Origin: Candidatus Fonsibacter lacus
Lineage (GTDB): Bacteria; Actinomycetota; Actinomycetes; Nanopelagicales; Nanopelagicaceae
NCBI GenBank assembly: GCA_009921625.1
Contig: RFXN01000001.1
Span: forward strand, 1 to 51,938
Length of the DNA stretch: 51,938 nt
Reading direction: 5' to 3'
In this document: positions 30,371 through 40,380 of the stretch, in pieces
Layout: each line of letters starts with the position of its first letter
Numbering within the stretch: the stretch's first letter is position 1
Made by a program: the position numbers and the translations under genes
Notes under the pieces: model-generated
Databases searched by the model: none
Told to the model about the DNA's origin: nothing
What the model saw: the letters and a program-made list of their open reading frames with translations, nothing else

Positions 30371-30464
30371 CGAAGATGGTGATTTTTATGGGACCAATTG
30401 GGAAATTGGCCAAACGGTAATTTTTTACTGTCTACAACGCTCTACTAGTTCCTTGCAATTCTCG

Positions 30465-30536
30465 TGGACGATACTGGGATCGAACCAGTGACCCCTTCCA
30501 TGTCAAGGAAGTGCGCTACCGCTGCGCCAATCGTCC
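30465..30536 (-). tRNA. tRNA-Val(GAC)
   Basis: GGACGATTGGCGCAGCGGTAGCGCACTTCCTTGACATGGAAGGGGTCACTGGTTCGATCCCAGTATCGTCCA; CCA tail not encoded. Confidence 0.96.
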
Positions 30537-30545
30537 GTGGTATTT

Positions 30546-30596
30546 AGCTCTGTTCAGTTCTGTTCAGTTCTGTTCAGTTCTGTTCAGTTCTGTTCA
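30546..30596. repeat. tandem repeat, 5 x AGTTCTGTTC
   Basis: Directly visible; the first copy has one mismatch (AGCTC). Confidence 0.95.
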
Positions 30597-30617
30597 CCCG
30601 CTGGTAAACCTCTTTCG

Positions 30618-30690
30618 AGCGGATGACGGGACTCGAACCCGCGACATTCACCTTGGCAAGGTGATGCGCTACCAACTGCGCTACATCCGC
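30618..30690 (-). tRNA. tRNA-Gly(GCC)
   Basis: GCGGATGTAGCGCAGTTGGTAGCGCATCACCTTGCCAAGGTGAATGTCGCGGGTTCGAGTCCCGTCATCCGCT. Confidence 0.96.
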
Positions 30691-30774
30691 ATTTCTGTAG
30701 GGCGAAATCTACCGCAGGGGTAGGGGATAGGGCGAACCCGTCATAGCCGTGGGCTCTGGGCTACGGTGGGGAGT

Positions 30775-31779
30775 ATGGATCCGGGGTTCTATCGCAACGG
30801 CCTTTGGGCACGTGAATTGGTGGAGATTACCGACGTTTGTGATGCGCTCCACGATGGCAATTTTTGGGCAGTCCTAGTTACCTACGAAGGCGAGCGCATC
30901 TTTGCGCGATTCAATGACGTTCAAGATAGCCAGTCGCAGAGGTTTTTATCATATGCCACTCAGAACGCATGGAGCCCGCCTTTCGGTGAATGGTCGAGCT
31001 CACTCAATGAGAGCGAGTACCGCAATGGAGTGGAGGAAGTTCGTCAAGCAATTGCGCGAGGCGAGGTCTATCAAATAAATCTCTGTCGAATTCTCTCAAC
31101 TGCAAGCGAAAATAAAAATCTACTACCACTTATTCCACGCTTGGCAGCTGCAAATCCTGCTCCTTTTTTAACTTCACTTGAAATTCCTCATGTTTCCATC
31201 GCATCTGCATCACCTGAATTGTTATTAAGACGTGAGGGAAGAGTGGTCACATCAAGTCCTATCAAAGGAACAGCCAGAACTCGAAATGAATTCTTAGAGA
31301 AAGACCGCGCAGAGAATGTAATGATTGTGGATTTAGTACGACATGATTTTGGACCGCTATGCACCGTCGGTTCGATTACCACCCCCCGATTACTTTCCAT
31401 CGAAGAGCATCCTGGTCTGTTTCATCTGGTTTCTGATGTGCAAGGAGAGCTTCGCGAGAATGTGACCTGGGAGGAAATATTCCACTCGCTGTTGCCAGCT
31501 GGCTCTATTAGCGGTGCGCCTAAATCCTCCGCTCGAAATTTGATTACTCAATTAGAACCGACTCGGCGCGGCCCATATTGCGGTGCAATCGGATGGATTT
31601 GGGGAGATAAGGCAGAACTTGCAGTTGGCATTCGCACTTTCTGGAGCGAAGCAAAAAATGCCTCCCTGAAATTTGGAACTGGCGCAGGAATTACTTGGGG
31701 CTCTCAACCAGAATTGGAGTGGGCTGAGACGGAATTAAAGGCAGCTCGTTTATTATCGATTATTGGGCAGAGGGATTAA
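30775..31779 (+). CDS. chorismate-binding enzyme (PabB/TrpE-like)
   Basis: YQINL, SPELL, SSPIKGT, AENVMIVDL, GSISGAPK, YCGAIG. Confidence 0.85.
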   Translation: MDPGFYRNGLWARELVEITDVCDALHDGNFWAVLVTYEGERIFARFNDVQDSQSQRFLSYATQNAWSPPFGEWSSSLNESEYRNGVEEVRQAIARGEVYQINLCRILSTASENKNLLPLIPRLAAANPAPFLTSLEIPHVSIASASPELLLRREGRVVTSSPIKGTARTRNEFLEKDRAENVMIVDLVRHDFGPLCTVGSITTPRLLSIEEHPGLFHLVSDVQGELRENVTWEEIFHSLLPAGSISGAPKSSARNLITQLEPTRRGPYCGAIGWIWGDKAELAVGIRTFWSEAKNASLKFGTGAGITWGSQPELEWAETELKAARLLSIIGQRD

Positions 31780-31784
31780 TTAAA

Positions 31785-32570
31785 ATGTTGTGGCTTAACG
31801 ATCGATTAATAGATGAAGCTTTAGAGGTGGTTGCTTTGCCACTCTCTGATAGATCATTTCTTTTGGGCGAGGGAGTATTTGAAACGTTACTCACTCTTGG
31901 CGGAAAAGCCGTCGCCCTCGATAGACATATCCGACGTCTAACTACAGGTGCGAAGGCGCTGGGAATAAGTAGTCCCACGCCAGATTCGATTGCTGTGGGC
32001 GTGACAGCACTTTTGCACAGTACCTTGGATATTTCAATGGGGCGAATGCGTATAACCCTCTCCGGATCGGGAACTTTATTAATCACTCATCAGCGATATC
32101 AAGAGTGGAGTGAAGCCGCGCGGTTGGTTACTTATCCATTTCCATTCAACTCAAAATCTCCACTCCAAAAAATAAAATCAACTTCCTACGGTGAATATTT
32201 GCTCGCTTATCGTTATGCGCAGGATCGAGGCGCGGATGACGCCTTACTTTTCAATACCAGCGATGCGGTAATGGAAGCCAGTACTGCAAACATCGTTGCT
32301 TTGATCGGTGGCCGTTGGGTGACCCCACCGCTATCTGCCGGACCGCTCCCTGGAATCACTCGAGAATTGCTCACCGAATGGGGGCTACTTATTGAACGAG
32401 AGATAATTTTTGAAGAGCTGCACCGTTGTGAATCAATCGCCTTAATCTCTAGTTTACGAAGCGTTCAGCCGGTGGTGGAGATTAATGGGAGAGGTTTTAA
32501 AGCATCTGGAAAGATTGAAGAATTAGCCACTTCATATAAGAGCGCTCTCGCGAGTAATCTAAACCCGTGA
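31785..32570 (+). CDS. class IV aminotransferase / aminodeoxychorismate lyase-like
   Basis: GEGVFETL, KSTSY, EASTAN, LPGITR. Confidence 0.82.
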   Translation: MLWLNDRLIDEALEVVALPLSDRSFLLGEGVFETLLTLGGKAVALDRHIRRLTTGAKALGISSPTPDSIAVGVTALLHSTLDISMGRMRITLSGSGTLLITHQRYQEWSEAARLVTYPFPFNSKSPLQKIKSTSYGEYLLAYRYAQDRGADDALLFNTSDAVMEASTANIVALIGGRWVTPPLSAGPLPGITRELLTEWGLLIEREIIFEELHRCESIALISSLRSVQPVVEINGRGFKASGKIEELATSYKSALASNLNP

Positions 32571-32905
32571 TTAAAAAGTTCCGCGCGCGCGCTAAGACCA
32601 CTCGTGCAGGGGAGATGGCATGGCGAATTGGCGTGGCAATTCTTGGAGGGTCGATCACCGCACTAGGCGCGGTCTTCCTCATCACGCCAGGGCCAGGTTG
32701 GCTGGTGATCTTCGCTGGACTTGGAATCCTCGCTTCGGAATTTGCTTGGGCTGAGCGCGCTTTGATTAAGACAAAGATGATCGCGCTCAAAGCGGCGCAG
32801 CGAGCGCTACCCCCCGGTAAAAAACGGCTCTATTTCGCAATCGCAGCGCTACTTGCAATCGGGATAGTTCTCGCCCTCTTAGCAATCCGCCGCAACTTCG
32901 CGTAA
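32567..32905 (+). CDS. PGPGW (TIGR02611-like) membrane protein
   Basis: TPGPGW and LASEFAWA. Confidence 0.8.
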   Translation: MIKKFRARAKTTRAGEMAWRIGVAILGGSITALGAVFLITPGPGWLVIFAGLGILASEFAWAERALIKTKMIALKAAQRALPPGKKRLYFAIAALLAIGIVLALLAIRRNFA

Positions 32906-32944
32906 GAGCCAACAAGAAGTTCCTAGCGCGCTAGGCTTAGTTTT

Positions 32945-34933
32945 ATGGCAGAGCTAACGATTACTCTCGATGGTGCGCGCGTTACGGTGCAAATCGAAAA
33001 GTACACCGGTGAGCTCTTTCGAGACCGCCCAGAGATAATTGCCTTACGAATCAATGACCAGTTGCGAGATTTAAATTCCGTTCTTCATGATGGCGATAAC
33101 GTAGAAACGGTTGCCATCACATCGAGTGACGGATTGGCAATCCTCCGACACTCAAGCGCGCACGTTTTGGCGCAAGCAGTTCAAGGCCTCTTTCCGGGAA
33201 CGAGGCTAGGGATTGGGCCACCTATTAAAGATGGCTTCTATTATGACTTTGATTCTTCTCGACCATTTACACCTGAAGATCTCCAGGCCCTTGAAAAAGA
33301 GATGGGGAAGATTATCAAGTCCAATCAACGCTTCAGACGGCGAGTAGTAACGGAAAAAGAAGCGCTGACCGAACTCTCTCATGAGCCATTCAAATGCGAA
33401 TTGATTGCGATCAAATCTGACGCTTCAGATGAATCCTCTGTAGAAGTTGGTGGGGCAGAGCTGACCATCTATGACAATCTCAATCGCGATGGTGAAATCG
33501 CATGGAAAGATTTATGCAGAGGCCCACACCTTCCAACAACAAAGTTGATACCTACAGTGAAATTGATGCGCTCCTCTGGCGCGTATTGGCGCGGATCAGA
33601 GAAGAACCCCATGCTCCAACGTATTTACGGAACAGCATGGCCAGATCAGGCGTCGCTCGATAGCTATTTGACTTTTCTCGAAGAAGCCGAGAAACGCGAT
33701 CACCGAAGGTTAGGTGTGGAGCTTGATCTCTTCTCGTTCCCAGAAGAGATCGGTTCAGGATTAGCGGTTTTTCATCCAAAAGGCGGCATCATCCGCCGCG
33801 CCATGGAGGATTACTCGCGAAAGCGCCACGAGGAAGAGAACTATCAATTTGTTTATTCGCCTCACTTAACGAAGGCAGCGCTCTTTGAAACATCAGGGCA
33901 CCTTGAGTGGTATGCCGAGGGCATGTACCCGCCAATGGTTCTCGACGAGGAACGCAATTCCGATGGCACAGTTAAGCGCGCTGGTGCCTCTTATTACATG
34001 AAGCCAATGAATTGCCCGTTCCACAATTTAATTTATCGCTCGCGTGGTCGGTCGTATCGAGAGCTTCCATTGCGACTTTTTGAATTTGGAACGGTGTATC
34101 GCTATGAAAAATCTGGAGTCATCCAAGGACTTACTCGCGCCCGCGGTTTCACGCAGGATGATGCACATATTTATTGCACCCCAGAACAAATGCCGGAGGA
34201 ATTGGATCGACTCCTTACTTTTGTCCTCAATTTACTCCGCGACTACGGCCTTACCGACTTCTACTTAGAGCTTTCAACGCGTAATGATGAGAAGTACGTT
34301 GGCAATGACCATGATTGGACGGTGGCAACAGAGAAGCTACGTGAGGCTGCAGAACGACAGAATCTCGAGTTAATTCTCGATGAGGGAGGGGCAGCTTTTT
34401 ACGGCCCGAAAATCTCGGTGCAAGCAAAAGATGCGATCGGTAGAACCTGGCAGATGTCCACTATTCAAGTAGATTTCCAATTACCGTCGCGATTTGATTT
34501 GGAATACGTTTCATCTGACGGCTCACGAGCGCGTCCAGTGATGATTCATCGAGCGCTCTTTGGCTCTATTGAGCGATTCTTTGGGGTGCTTACTGAGCAC
34601 TACGCCGGCGCATTCCCACCTTGGTTATCACCAGTGCAAGTTCGAGCTATTCCAGTAGCAGATGCATTTGCCCCCTATCTGGAAGAGGTAGCGGATCAAA
34701 TGCGACGATTGGGCATTCGCATTGATGTTGATAATAGTGATGATCGAATGCAGAAAAAGATTCGCAATGCGCAGTTGGAAAAAATACCTTTCATGATCAT
34801 TGCAGGAGAGGTCGATCAACAGGCGGGCGCCATTTCTATTCGCTATCGAAATGGTGAACAAAAAAATGGAATTCCGATAACGGAAGCTATTTCCGAAATT
34901 CAAAATGCAATTAACTCCCGGATTCAGGTTTAG
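32945..34933 (+). CDS. thrS: threonyl-tRNA synthetase
   Basis: RHSSAH, DLCRGPH, KPMNCP, FYGPK, IHRA. Confidence 0.98.
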   Translation: MAELTITLDGARVTVQIEKYTGELFRDRPEIIALRINDQLRDLNSVLHDGDNVETVAITSSDGLAILRHSSAHVLAQAVQGLFPGTRLGIGPPIKDGFYYDFDSSRPFTPEDLQALEKEMGKIIKSNQRFRRRVVTEKEALTELSHEPFKCELIAIKSDASDESSVEVGGAELTIYDNLNRDGEIAWKDLCRGPHLPTTKLIPTVKLMRSSGAYWRGSEKNPMLQRIYGTAWPDQASLDSYLTFLEEAEKRDHRRLGVELDLFSFPEEIGSGLAVFHPKGGIIRRAMEDYSRKRHEEENYQFVYSPHLTKAALFETSGHLEWYAEGMYPPMVLDEERNSDGTVKRAGASYYMKPMNCPFHNLIYRSRGRSYRELPLRLFEFGTVYRYEKSGVIQGLTRARGFTQDDAHIYCTPEQMPEELDRLLTFVLNLLRDYGLTDFYLELSTRNDEKYVGNDHDWTVATEKLREAAERQNLELILDEGGAAFYGPKISVQAKDAIGRTWQMSTIQVDFQLPSRFDLEYVSSDGSRARPVMIHRALFGSIERFFGVLTEHYAGAFPPWLSPVQVRAIPVADAFAPYLEEVADQMRRLGIRIDVDNSDDRMQKKIRNAQLEKIPFMIIAGEVDQQAGAISIRYRNGEQKNGIPITEAISEIQNAINSRIQV

Positions 34934-34941
34934 GATTCTTT

Positions 34942-35445
34942 GTGGAGCAACCATTTGATCAATGGGAGCGGATATGGACCCCATTTCGCAAGGAGTACAT
35001 CGATAAATTAAGTAGTGGTGAGTACGAGTGTCCGTTCTGTCATATTCCGAATTTAAATGACCAAGAGTCTTTTATCATTGCCCGAGGAAATTTTTCTTAT
35101 GCAGTGCTTAATAGATATCCATACAATCCAGGGCATATATTGATCTGCACTTTTCGACATACGGGCGAGTACCTCGAACTGGGCGACGAGGAGACCGCGG
35201 AAATCTCAACTCTAACGAAGAAGGCAATGCGCGCGCTTCGCGGCGTGAATAGCGAAGTGAATTTCAATGTAGGAATGAATCAAGGTCGAATCGCAGGAGC
35301 TGGACTACCCGATCATTTTCACCAACATATCGTTCCGCGTTGGCGGGGAGATTCTAACTTTATGCCTGTAATAGGAGGGACAAAAGTTTTATCGCAAATG
35401 CTCTCTGAGACCCACGAAATACTCAGCAGACTGTGGCCCGCATAA
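34942..35445 (+). CDS. HIT-family Ap4A phosphorylase-like protein
   Basis: CPFC, NRYPYNPGH, HFHQHIVPRW. Confidence 0.9.
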   Translation: MEQPFDQWERIWTPFRKEYIDKLSSGEYECPFCHIPNLNDQESFIIARGNFSYAVLNRYPYNPGHILICTFRHTGEYLELGDEETAEISTLTKKAMRALRGVNSEVNFNVGMNQGRIAGAGLPDHFHQHIVPRWRGDSNFMPVIGGTKVLSQMLSETHEILSRLWPA

Positions 35446-35448
35446 AAA

Positions 35449-36063
35449 TTATTTTTCTAGCACCTCTTCAAGGTATTGAACAAATTCAACGTTGCCAAGT
35501 TTTAACTTAGATGAAAAAGGGATGATCGGGACGAAGAGTCCGCTGGCAAATTTTCCAGTCCCTAACTCAGATGTACTCTCCAAATACTCAGCCTGGAACT
35601 CCTGGACTAGAATTCGATGGTCTTCATCGCTCGGTTTAATCTCTAATTGACCTGTTGAGTAATCGCGAATTGTTAAATCTTCCAAGTTGATAAATGCACA
35701 TGGGGTGCCATCGTCGGCGTGAAGCACCAGGTATGGCGTTACCCCTTCACCAAACATTCGACGCGCGATAAGAACTGCTTCATCAAAGTCGGCATCCTCA
35801 TGGTCAATTTTGGTTATAACGATTGCCCGTGGAATGAGAAGTTCAGAGAGTTCGTTCCATATTTCTATTAGATTGTTCGGTGCTCCTTCATACCCGCTCA
35901 TTGCAACGACGACGGCCGAGAATTCGGGGAATTCGTAGTTGAGCTGGTCGGAGTAGGCGACAGAGACCAGAAAGTTCTCCGGGATGGCCCGAGCCACTCC
36001 CTCTAGATCCGCCGATTGATGGCCAATTATCGCAATCCGAGTGGGGGTTACTGAGGAACTCAC
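35449..36063 (-). CDS. degenerate G-domain-only remnant of EF-G-like protein (EF-G2)
   Basis: IAIIGH (G1 start), PRAIVITKID...ADFDE (G4), GLFVPI; lies between HIT and pgsA, where EF-G2 sits in other actinobacteria. Confidence 0.6.
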   Translation of the reverse strand: MSSSVTPTRIAIIGHQSADLEGVARAIPENFLVSVAYSDQLNYEFPEFSAVVVAMSGYEGAPNNLIEIWNELSELLIPRAIVITKIDHEDADFDEAVLIARRMFGEGVTPYLVLHADDGTPCAFINLEDLTIRDYSTGQLEIKPSDEDHRILVQEFQAEYLESTSELGTGKFASGLFVPIIPFSSKLKLGNVEFVQYLEEVLEK

Positions 36064-36088
36064 TCGCTGAGCCTACGATGTAACCACC

Positions 36089-36679
36089 ATGATTAGTTCC
36101 TTTTTACGGGCTCCCGTAGCTCGTGTTGTCGAGCCGACTGCGCGGGCACTGCTCAGAAAAAACGTGACCCCAAACCAAATAACTGTTTTAGGTTCAGTAG
36201 GAACAATTGTAATCTCCCTGATTTTCTTTACTCAAGGCGTATTTTTTGCAGGAACAATGGTGATGCTCCTCTTTATTTTTAGTGATTTAGTTGATGGGAC
36301 CATGGCACGAATTTCGAAAAAAAGTTCATTATGGGGCGCATTTCTAGATTCGACAGCAGATCGGGTCGTTGATGCCTTACTGGTGGGCAGCGTGACCTAT
36401 TTTCTCTACACAGAAAAGAATCCACTCCAAGTGGTTGCTTGGTTTGCGCTTGCCGGAGGATTTTTAGTCTCTTACGTGAAAGCGCGCGCTGAAGCATCAG
36501 GTCTTACATGCACTGGTGGATTCGCAGAACGACCTGAGCGAACAATTATCCTCCTTGTTGCAACTGGCTTTGCTGGATTGGGCGTTCCATACATTCTCGC
36601 TGTCGGAATGTGGATTGTTGCCAGCACCTCTTTTCTCACGGTCCTCTATCGCGTGCGTCAGGTCTGGCAGCAGAGATGA
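36089..36679 (+). CDS. pgsA: phosphatidylinositol phosphate synthase
   Basis: TPNQIT and DLVDGTMAR...GAFLDSTADR. Confidence 0.92.
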   Translation: MISSFLRAPVARVVEPTARALLRKNVTPNQITVLGSVGTIVISLIFFTQGVFFAGTMVMLLFIFSDLVDGTMARISKKSSLWGAFLDSTADRVVDALLVGSVTYFLYTEKNPLQVVAWFALAGGFLVSYVKARAEASGLTCTGGFAERPERTIILLVATGFAGLGVPYILAVGMWIVASTSFLTVLYRVRQVWQQR

Positions 36680-37539
36680 TTGCGCACCTAACTAGTTTTC
36701 TTTATTTAGCTGCCTGGAAAATAGTGCGTGCGCTACCAGAACCTACTGCTTATAAATTATTTGCTCGGCTTGCGCAGCGTTCAGTTAAAAAGCGTGGGAA
36801 GTCTTACGCACGATTGAAATCAAACCTTCGTCGCGTAAAACCAGATATCGGAGAAGTTGAACTTGAAGCGCTTACTGCACAGGGGATGGAGAGCTATCTT
36901 CGCTATTGGTGTGATGCCTTTCGCCTTCCGACGTGGAGCCAAGAACGCATGACATCGACCGTAACGGTCACTGGCGAAGAGATGTTTCGGTCTCTGGTTG
37001 CAGAGGGAAAAGGGGTCGTAGTGTCCCTGCCTCATTCCGGCAACTGGGACCATGCAGGTGCATATTTCAGCGCTACCGGAATTCCGATTGTTAGCGTTGC
37101 TGAGAAACTTAAACCCGAGCGAGTTTTCAAAGCTTTTTTAAAATATCGGGAGCGTATTGGAATACAAATCTATTCAACATCTGAGAATGTAATTCCACTT
37201 CTCAATCAACACCTAGTTAAGGGTGATGTCGTTGCTTTGGTTGCGGATCGAGATCTGTCGAAAAGTGGAATCGAAGTAAATTTCTTTGGTGGGATTGCAA
37301 AAATGCCAAGCGGACCAGCTCTTTTGGCGCTGCGGAACAACGCGTACCTCGTGGTGGCTCATGTCACGTACACAACTAAAGGTATTCACATCAACTTCTC
37401 GCAACCATTGAGCACATCTCAAGGCTCAGAAAAATCACAGATTGAAAATCTCATACAACAAACTGCAGATTTTTTTGCGGAAGGAATTGCAAAAAAACCT
37501 GAAGATTGGCATATGCTTCAAAAGATATGGATTGCTTAA
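36676..37539 (+). CDS. patA: phosphatidylinositol mannoside acyltransferase
   Basis: SYLRYWCDAFRLP, LPHSGNWD, PEDWHMLQ. Confidence 0.88.
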   Translation: MIAHLTSFLYLAAWKIVRALPEPTAYKLFARLAQRSVKKRGKSYARLKSNLRRVKPDIGEVELEALTAQGMESYLRYWCDAFRLPTWSQERMTSTVTVTGEEMFRSLVAEGKGVVVSLPHSGNWDHAGAYFSATGIPIVSVAEKLKPERVFKAFLKYRERIGIQIYSTSENVIPLLNQHLVKGDVVALVADRDLSKSGIEVNFFGGIAKMPSGPALLALRNNAYLVVAHVTYTTKGIHINFSQPLSTSQGSEKSQIENLIQQTADFFAEGIAKKPEDWHMLQKIWIA

Positions 37540-37545
37540 AAACGT

Positions 37546-38736
37546 ATGAACATAAATTCTAAAAGTAACAGGAGGCTAAAGATAGGAATGGTCTCACCCT
37601 ACGGTTGGGATCTTCCCGGTGGAGTGCAGGCTCATATTCAAGATTTAGCGATGTACTGTATGGAACAAGGGCATGAAGTATCGGTGATTGCTCCGGCTAT
37701 CGAGGAGGGTTCACTTCCCGATTGGGTTGTTTCCAGCGGTCGTCCCGTAGCAATTCCCTACAACGGTGCTGTAGCGCGGGTTGCTTTCGGTCCAGTTGCT
37801 AATCGCAGAGTTCGTCGCTGGATAAACGATGGCCAATTTGATGTATTGCATTTGCATGAACCCGCGATTCCATCACTGTCATTACTTGCTTGTTGGGCCG
37901 CGGAAGGTCCCTTAGTTGGAACTTTCCATGCCTCAGCTCCTCGACAGAAAGCAATTTATGCGATTGGTCCCATATTGGAGCCTGCAATCGAAAAATTACA
38001 TGCTCGCATTGCGGTTAGTCAGACGGCGAGAAATACATTGATTGATCATCTCGAAACTGATGCAGTCATAATTCCAAACGGCATCAATCATCATGCATTT
38101 GCAAGCGGCCCCATCGATACACGTGTTGGTGAGCGAAGTATTGGTTTTGTTGGCCGTTTTGATGAACCAAGAAAGGGCCTATCCCTTCTTTTGGAGAGTT
38201 GTGAATTATTGATTGCCAGAGGAATTTCGTTCAAAGTAGTTATCGCAGGACCAGGGAACCCAAATGCTTTTCTTGAAATTATGAGCGCAGAGTTGGTCGC
38301 GCGCACCGAATTCTTGGGAAGAGTGAGTGATGAACGGAAGCAAGAATTACTCCGTTCAATATCGCTATACGTGGCGCCAAATACGGGAGGAGAGAGTTTT
38401 GGGATCATCCTCGCGGAAGCTATGGCTGCCGGTGCTCCGGTACTTGCAAGCAATCTTCCGGCGTTCCAGGATGTTCTTGAAGGGGGCAGGGTAGGTGAAT
38501 TATTCGATATTGGTGATACATCTGAATTAGCTCTTCGAATAGTGGCTCTATTAAATGACCCTGAGCGTCGGATGGCATTGCGTGCATTAGGGCAGAAGAG
38601 CTCACTTCGTTTCGATTGGAGCCAGGTGGGAGAGTCGATTTTGGATGTTTATCGAATGGTGAGCGCCTCGGGTGAAAAGGTTCGTTTGGGGTCTGATTTG
38701 AGGTTTAGTAGAGCAAAGTTGGGGCGAGAAGAGTGA
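37546..38736 (+). CDS. pimA: GDP-mannose:PI alpha-mannosyltransferase
   Basis: PGGVQAH, HLHEP, EPRKG, GESFGIILAEAMA. Confidence 0.9.
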   Translation: MNINSKSNRRLKIGMVSPYGWDLPGGVQAHIQDLAMYCMEQGHEVSVIAPAIEEGSLPDWVVSSGRPVAIPYNGAVARVAFGPVANRRVRRWINDGQFDVLHLHEPAIPSLSLLACWAAEGPLVGTFHASAPRQKAIYAIGPILEPAIEKLHARIAVSQTARNTLIDHLETDAVIIPNGINHHAFASGPIDTRVGERSIGFVGRFDEPRKGLSLLLESCELLIARGISFKVVIAGPGNPNAFLEIMSAELVARTEFLGRVSDERKQELLRSISLYVAPNTGGESFGIILAEAMAAGAPVLASNLPAFQDVLEGGRVGELFDIGDTSELALRIVALLNDPERRMALRALGQKSSLRFDWSQVGESILDVYRMVSASGEKVRLGSDLRFSRAKLGREE

Positions 38737-39230
38737 ACGAGCTACTTTTTATAATTTTAGGGGCGATGCTTTTTCTGGTTTGGTACTTATCTTTTACTGC
38801 CACTCGTTTAGATCGACTTCATCACCGAGTAGAAACGTCTTGGGCAAACCTAGATGCCGCTTTGCGGACCCGCTCTGCGCTAGCGCTCGAGGTTGCGCGA
38901 TCTAATTTGCTAGATCCCGCTACCTCTATGCTTCTATTAGCCGCGGCCCACATTGCAGTGATTGCTAACCAATCTGAGCGCGCTGATGCTGAGGAAGAAC
39001 TCTCTCAGTTATTGCTCTCGTTACTTGAAGAGGATGCGCTTGATTCTGAAGGTGAGATTTTCCAAGAACTTTCCCAAGCGAGAGATAAACTCCGGTTAGC
39101 AATAGCGATTCATGTTGAAGCGGTAACTCGCACTCAAGCTCAACGTTCGCGGCCCATTGTGAGAATCTTTCGTTTAGCTGGCCGGGCGCCACTCCCGGTT
39201 CGATATCCATTTGAAGAAATTCAAGTGTGA
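38733..39230 (+). CDS. conserved membrane-anchored protein (LemA-like)
   Basis: N-terminal TM, RLDRLHHR, RIFRLAG; typical position after pimA. Confidence 0.7.
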   Translation: MNELLFIILGAMLFLVWYLSFTATRLDRLHHRVETSWANLDAALRTRSALALEVARSNLLDPATSMLLLAAAHIAVIANQSERADAEEELSQLLLSLLEEDALDSEGEIFQELSQARDKLRLAIAIHVEAVTRTQAQRSRPIVRIFRLAGRAPLPVRYPFEEIQV

Positions 39231-39239
39231 GGTGGTGTA

Positions 39240-40292
39240 ATGAGCAATAGATTATTTCCAAAGGTGGTATTTGGCATTCTCCTTACCCTCCTCGCCACAA
39301 GTTGTGCGCACGTTCCGCAATCAGGGGAAGCATCGAAAAATCAGCGAAAACTCCAGCCAAGTTCACCCAAGAATTCACTCAGTGGTCGCGACGGAATGGA
39401 TAATCCGATTCTCGCGGTAAAAATTGATGATACAAAATTTGCTCGACCTCAAATCGGATTAATTGATGCGGATCTGGTTTACATTGAACAGGTAGAAGGT
39501 GGAGTAACCAGACTTGCCGCAATTTATAGCTCGGCGTACCCAACAAAAATAGGGCCAGTGCGAAGTGCCCGAATAAGCGATTTAGAACTTCTGGCTCAGT
39601 TTGGAAAAGTTGCCTTTGCATTCTCTGGCGCTCAACGAAAATTACGCCCAGTGATTGATAGCGCCAATCTTTACAATCTTGGAGCGGAACGAGAAGGGCC
39701 TTCGGTTTATTCGCGAGATCAAACTAGGCGCCCACCGTGGAATATGATTTTGAATCCGCAAGTGCTTTTCGAGCAAGCAACAAAACGTAATTTAACTATT
39801 GCACAAGCAAAAAAGAATGGATGGAATTTCAAGAGCAAGACAACGTTAGGAGAAAGAGCATTATCAGCCAAGATGAAATGGCCAGGAGCTAGTTATGAAA
39901 TTCTCTGGTCTCAAGATGGCTCTGGTTGGCTAATAAATCAAAATGGAACAAGCAAAATGGATGCCAGTGGGGTTCCACTTATAGCAAGCACATTTGTTGT
40001 GCAAGTTGTTTCCATTGCCAATTCTGAATATGGAGATAAGTTTGGCGAAATAACGCCACTGATAACATCGGTTGGTCAAGGTAAGGCTTTCGTTTTTCGC
40101 GATGGACGGGTAATCAAGGGAACTTGGTCTCGCGTTGCTCCATCAAGCGGTACAACTTTTACCTCCAATTCCGGCGAGGAAATCCCGTTTAAAGCAGGAC
40201 AAATTTGGTTTGCTCTGGTGGCGCAAGAACCGGCCATCACTTATCCGCCCGAACCTTCCGCCTCGCCTAGCGGGCAGATTTCAGGGAATTGA
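39240..40292 (+). CDS. DUF3048 family lipoprotein
   Basis: Lipobox-like ATSC, AVKIDD, ARPQ, VEGGVTRL, GPVRSAR. Confidence 0.85.
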   Translation: MSNRLFPKVVFGILLTLLATSCAHVPQSGEASKNQRKLQPSSPKNSLSGRDGMDNPILAVKIDDTKFARPQIGLIDADLVYIEQVEGGVTRLAAIYSSAYPTKIGPVRSARISDLELLAQFGKVAFAFSGAQRKLRPVIDSANLYNLGAEREGPSVYSRDQTRRPPWNMILNPQVLFEQATKRNLTIAQAKKNGWNFKSKTTLGERALSAKMKWPGASYEILWSQDGSGWLINQNGTSKMDASGVPLIASTFVVQVVSIANSEYGDKFGEITPLITSVGQGKAFVFRDGRVIKGTWSRVAPSSGTTFTSNSGEEIPFKAGQIWFALVAQEPAITYPPEPSASPSGQISGN

Positions 40293-40380
40293 GCGAGCGC
40301 CAATCCGGTCCCAAAGAAGTAGACTTAGCGGCTCAGTAGCTCGGGGGAGCTCTGAATATCGAGAGGGCGTTGAGTAGAGC

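Noticed and set aside
30394-30431. Intrinsic terminator after the dehydrogenase
   Set aside because: Two short AT-rich stems without a following U tract; too weak to call.
24403-30464. Active mobile element or prophage
   Set aside because: No integrase, transposase or att duplication seen.
30546-30596. Repeat as a CRISPR array
   Set aside because: 10-bp units with no spacers and no cas genes nearby.
30511-30723. 70-aa ORF
   Set aside because: Antisense to two tRNAs and the repeat.
40347-40373. SigH-like promoter before pdxS
   Set aside because: GGAG rather than GGAA at -35; a TAGACT -10 upstream is a simpler explanation.
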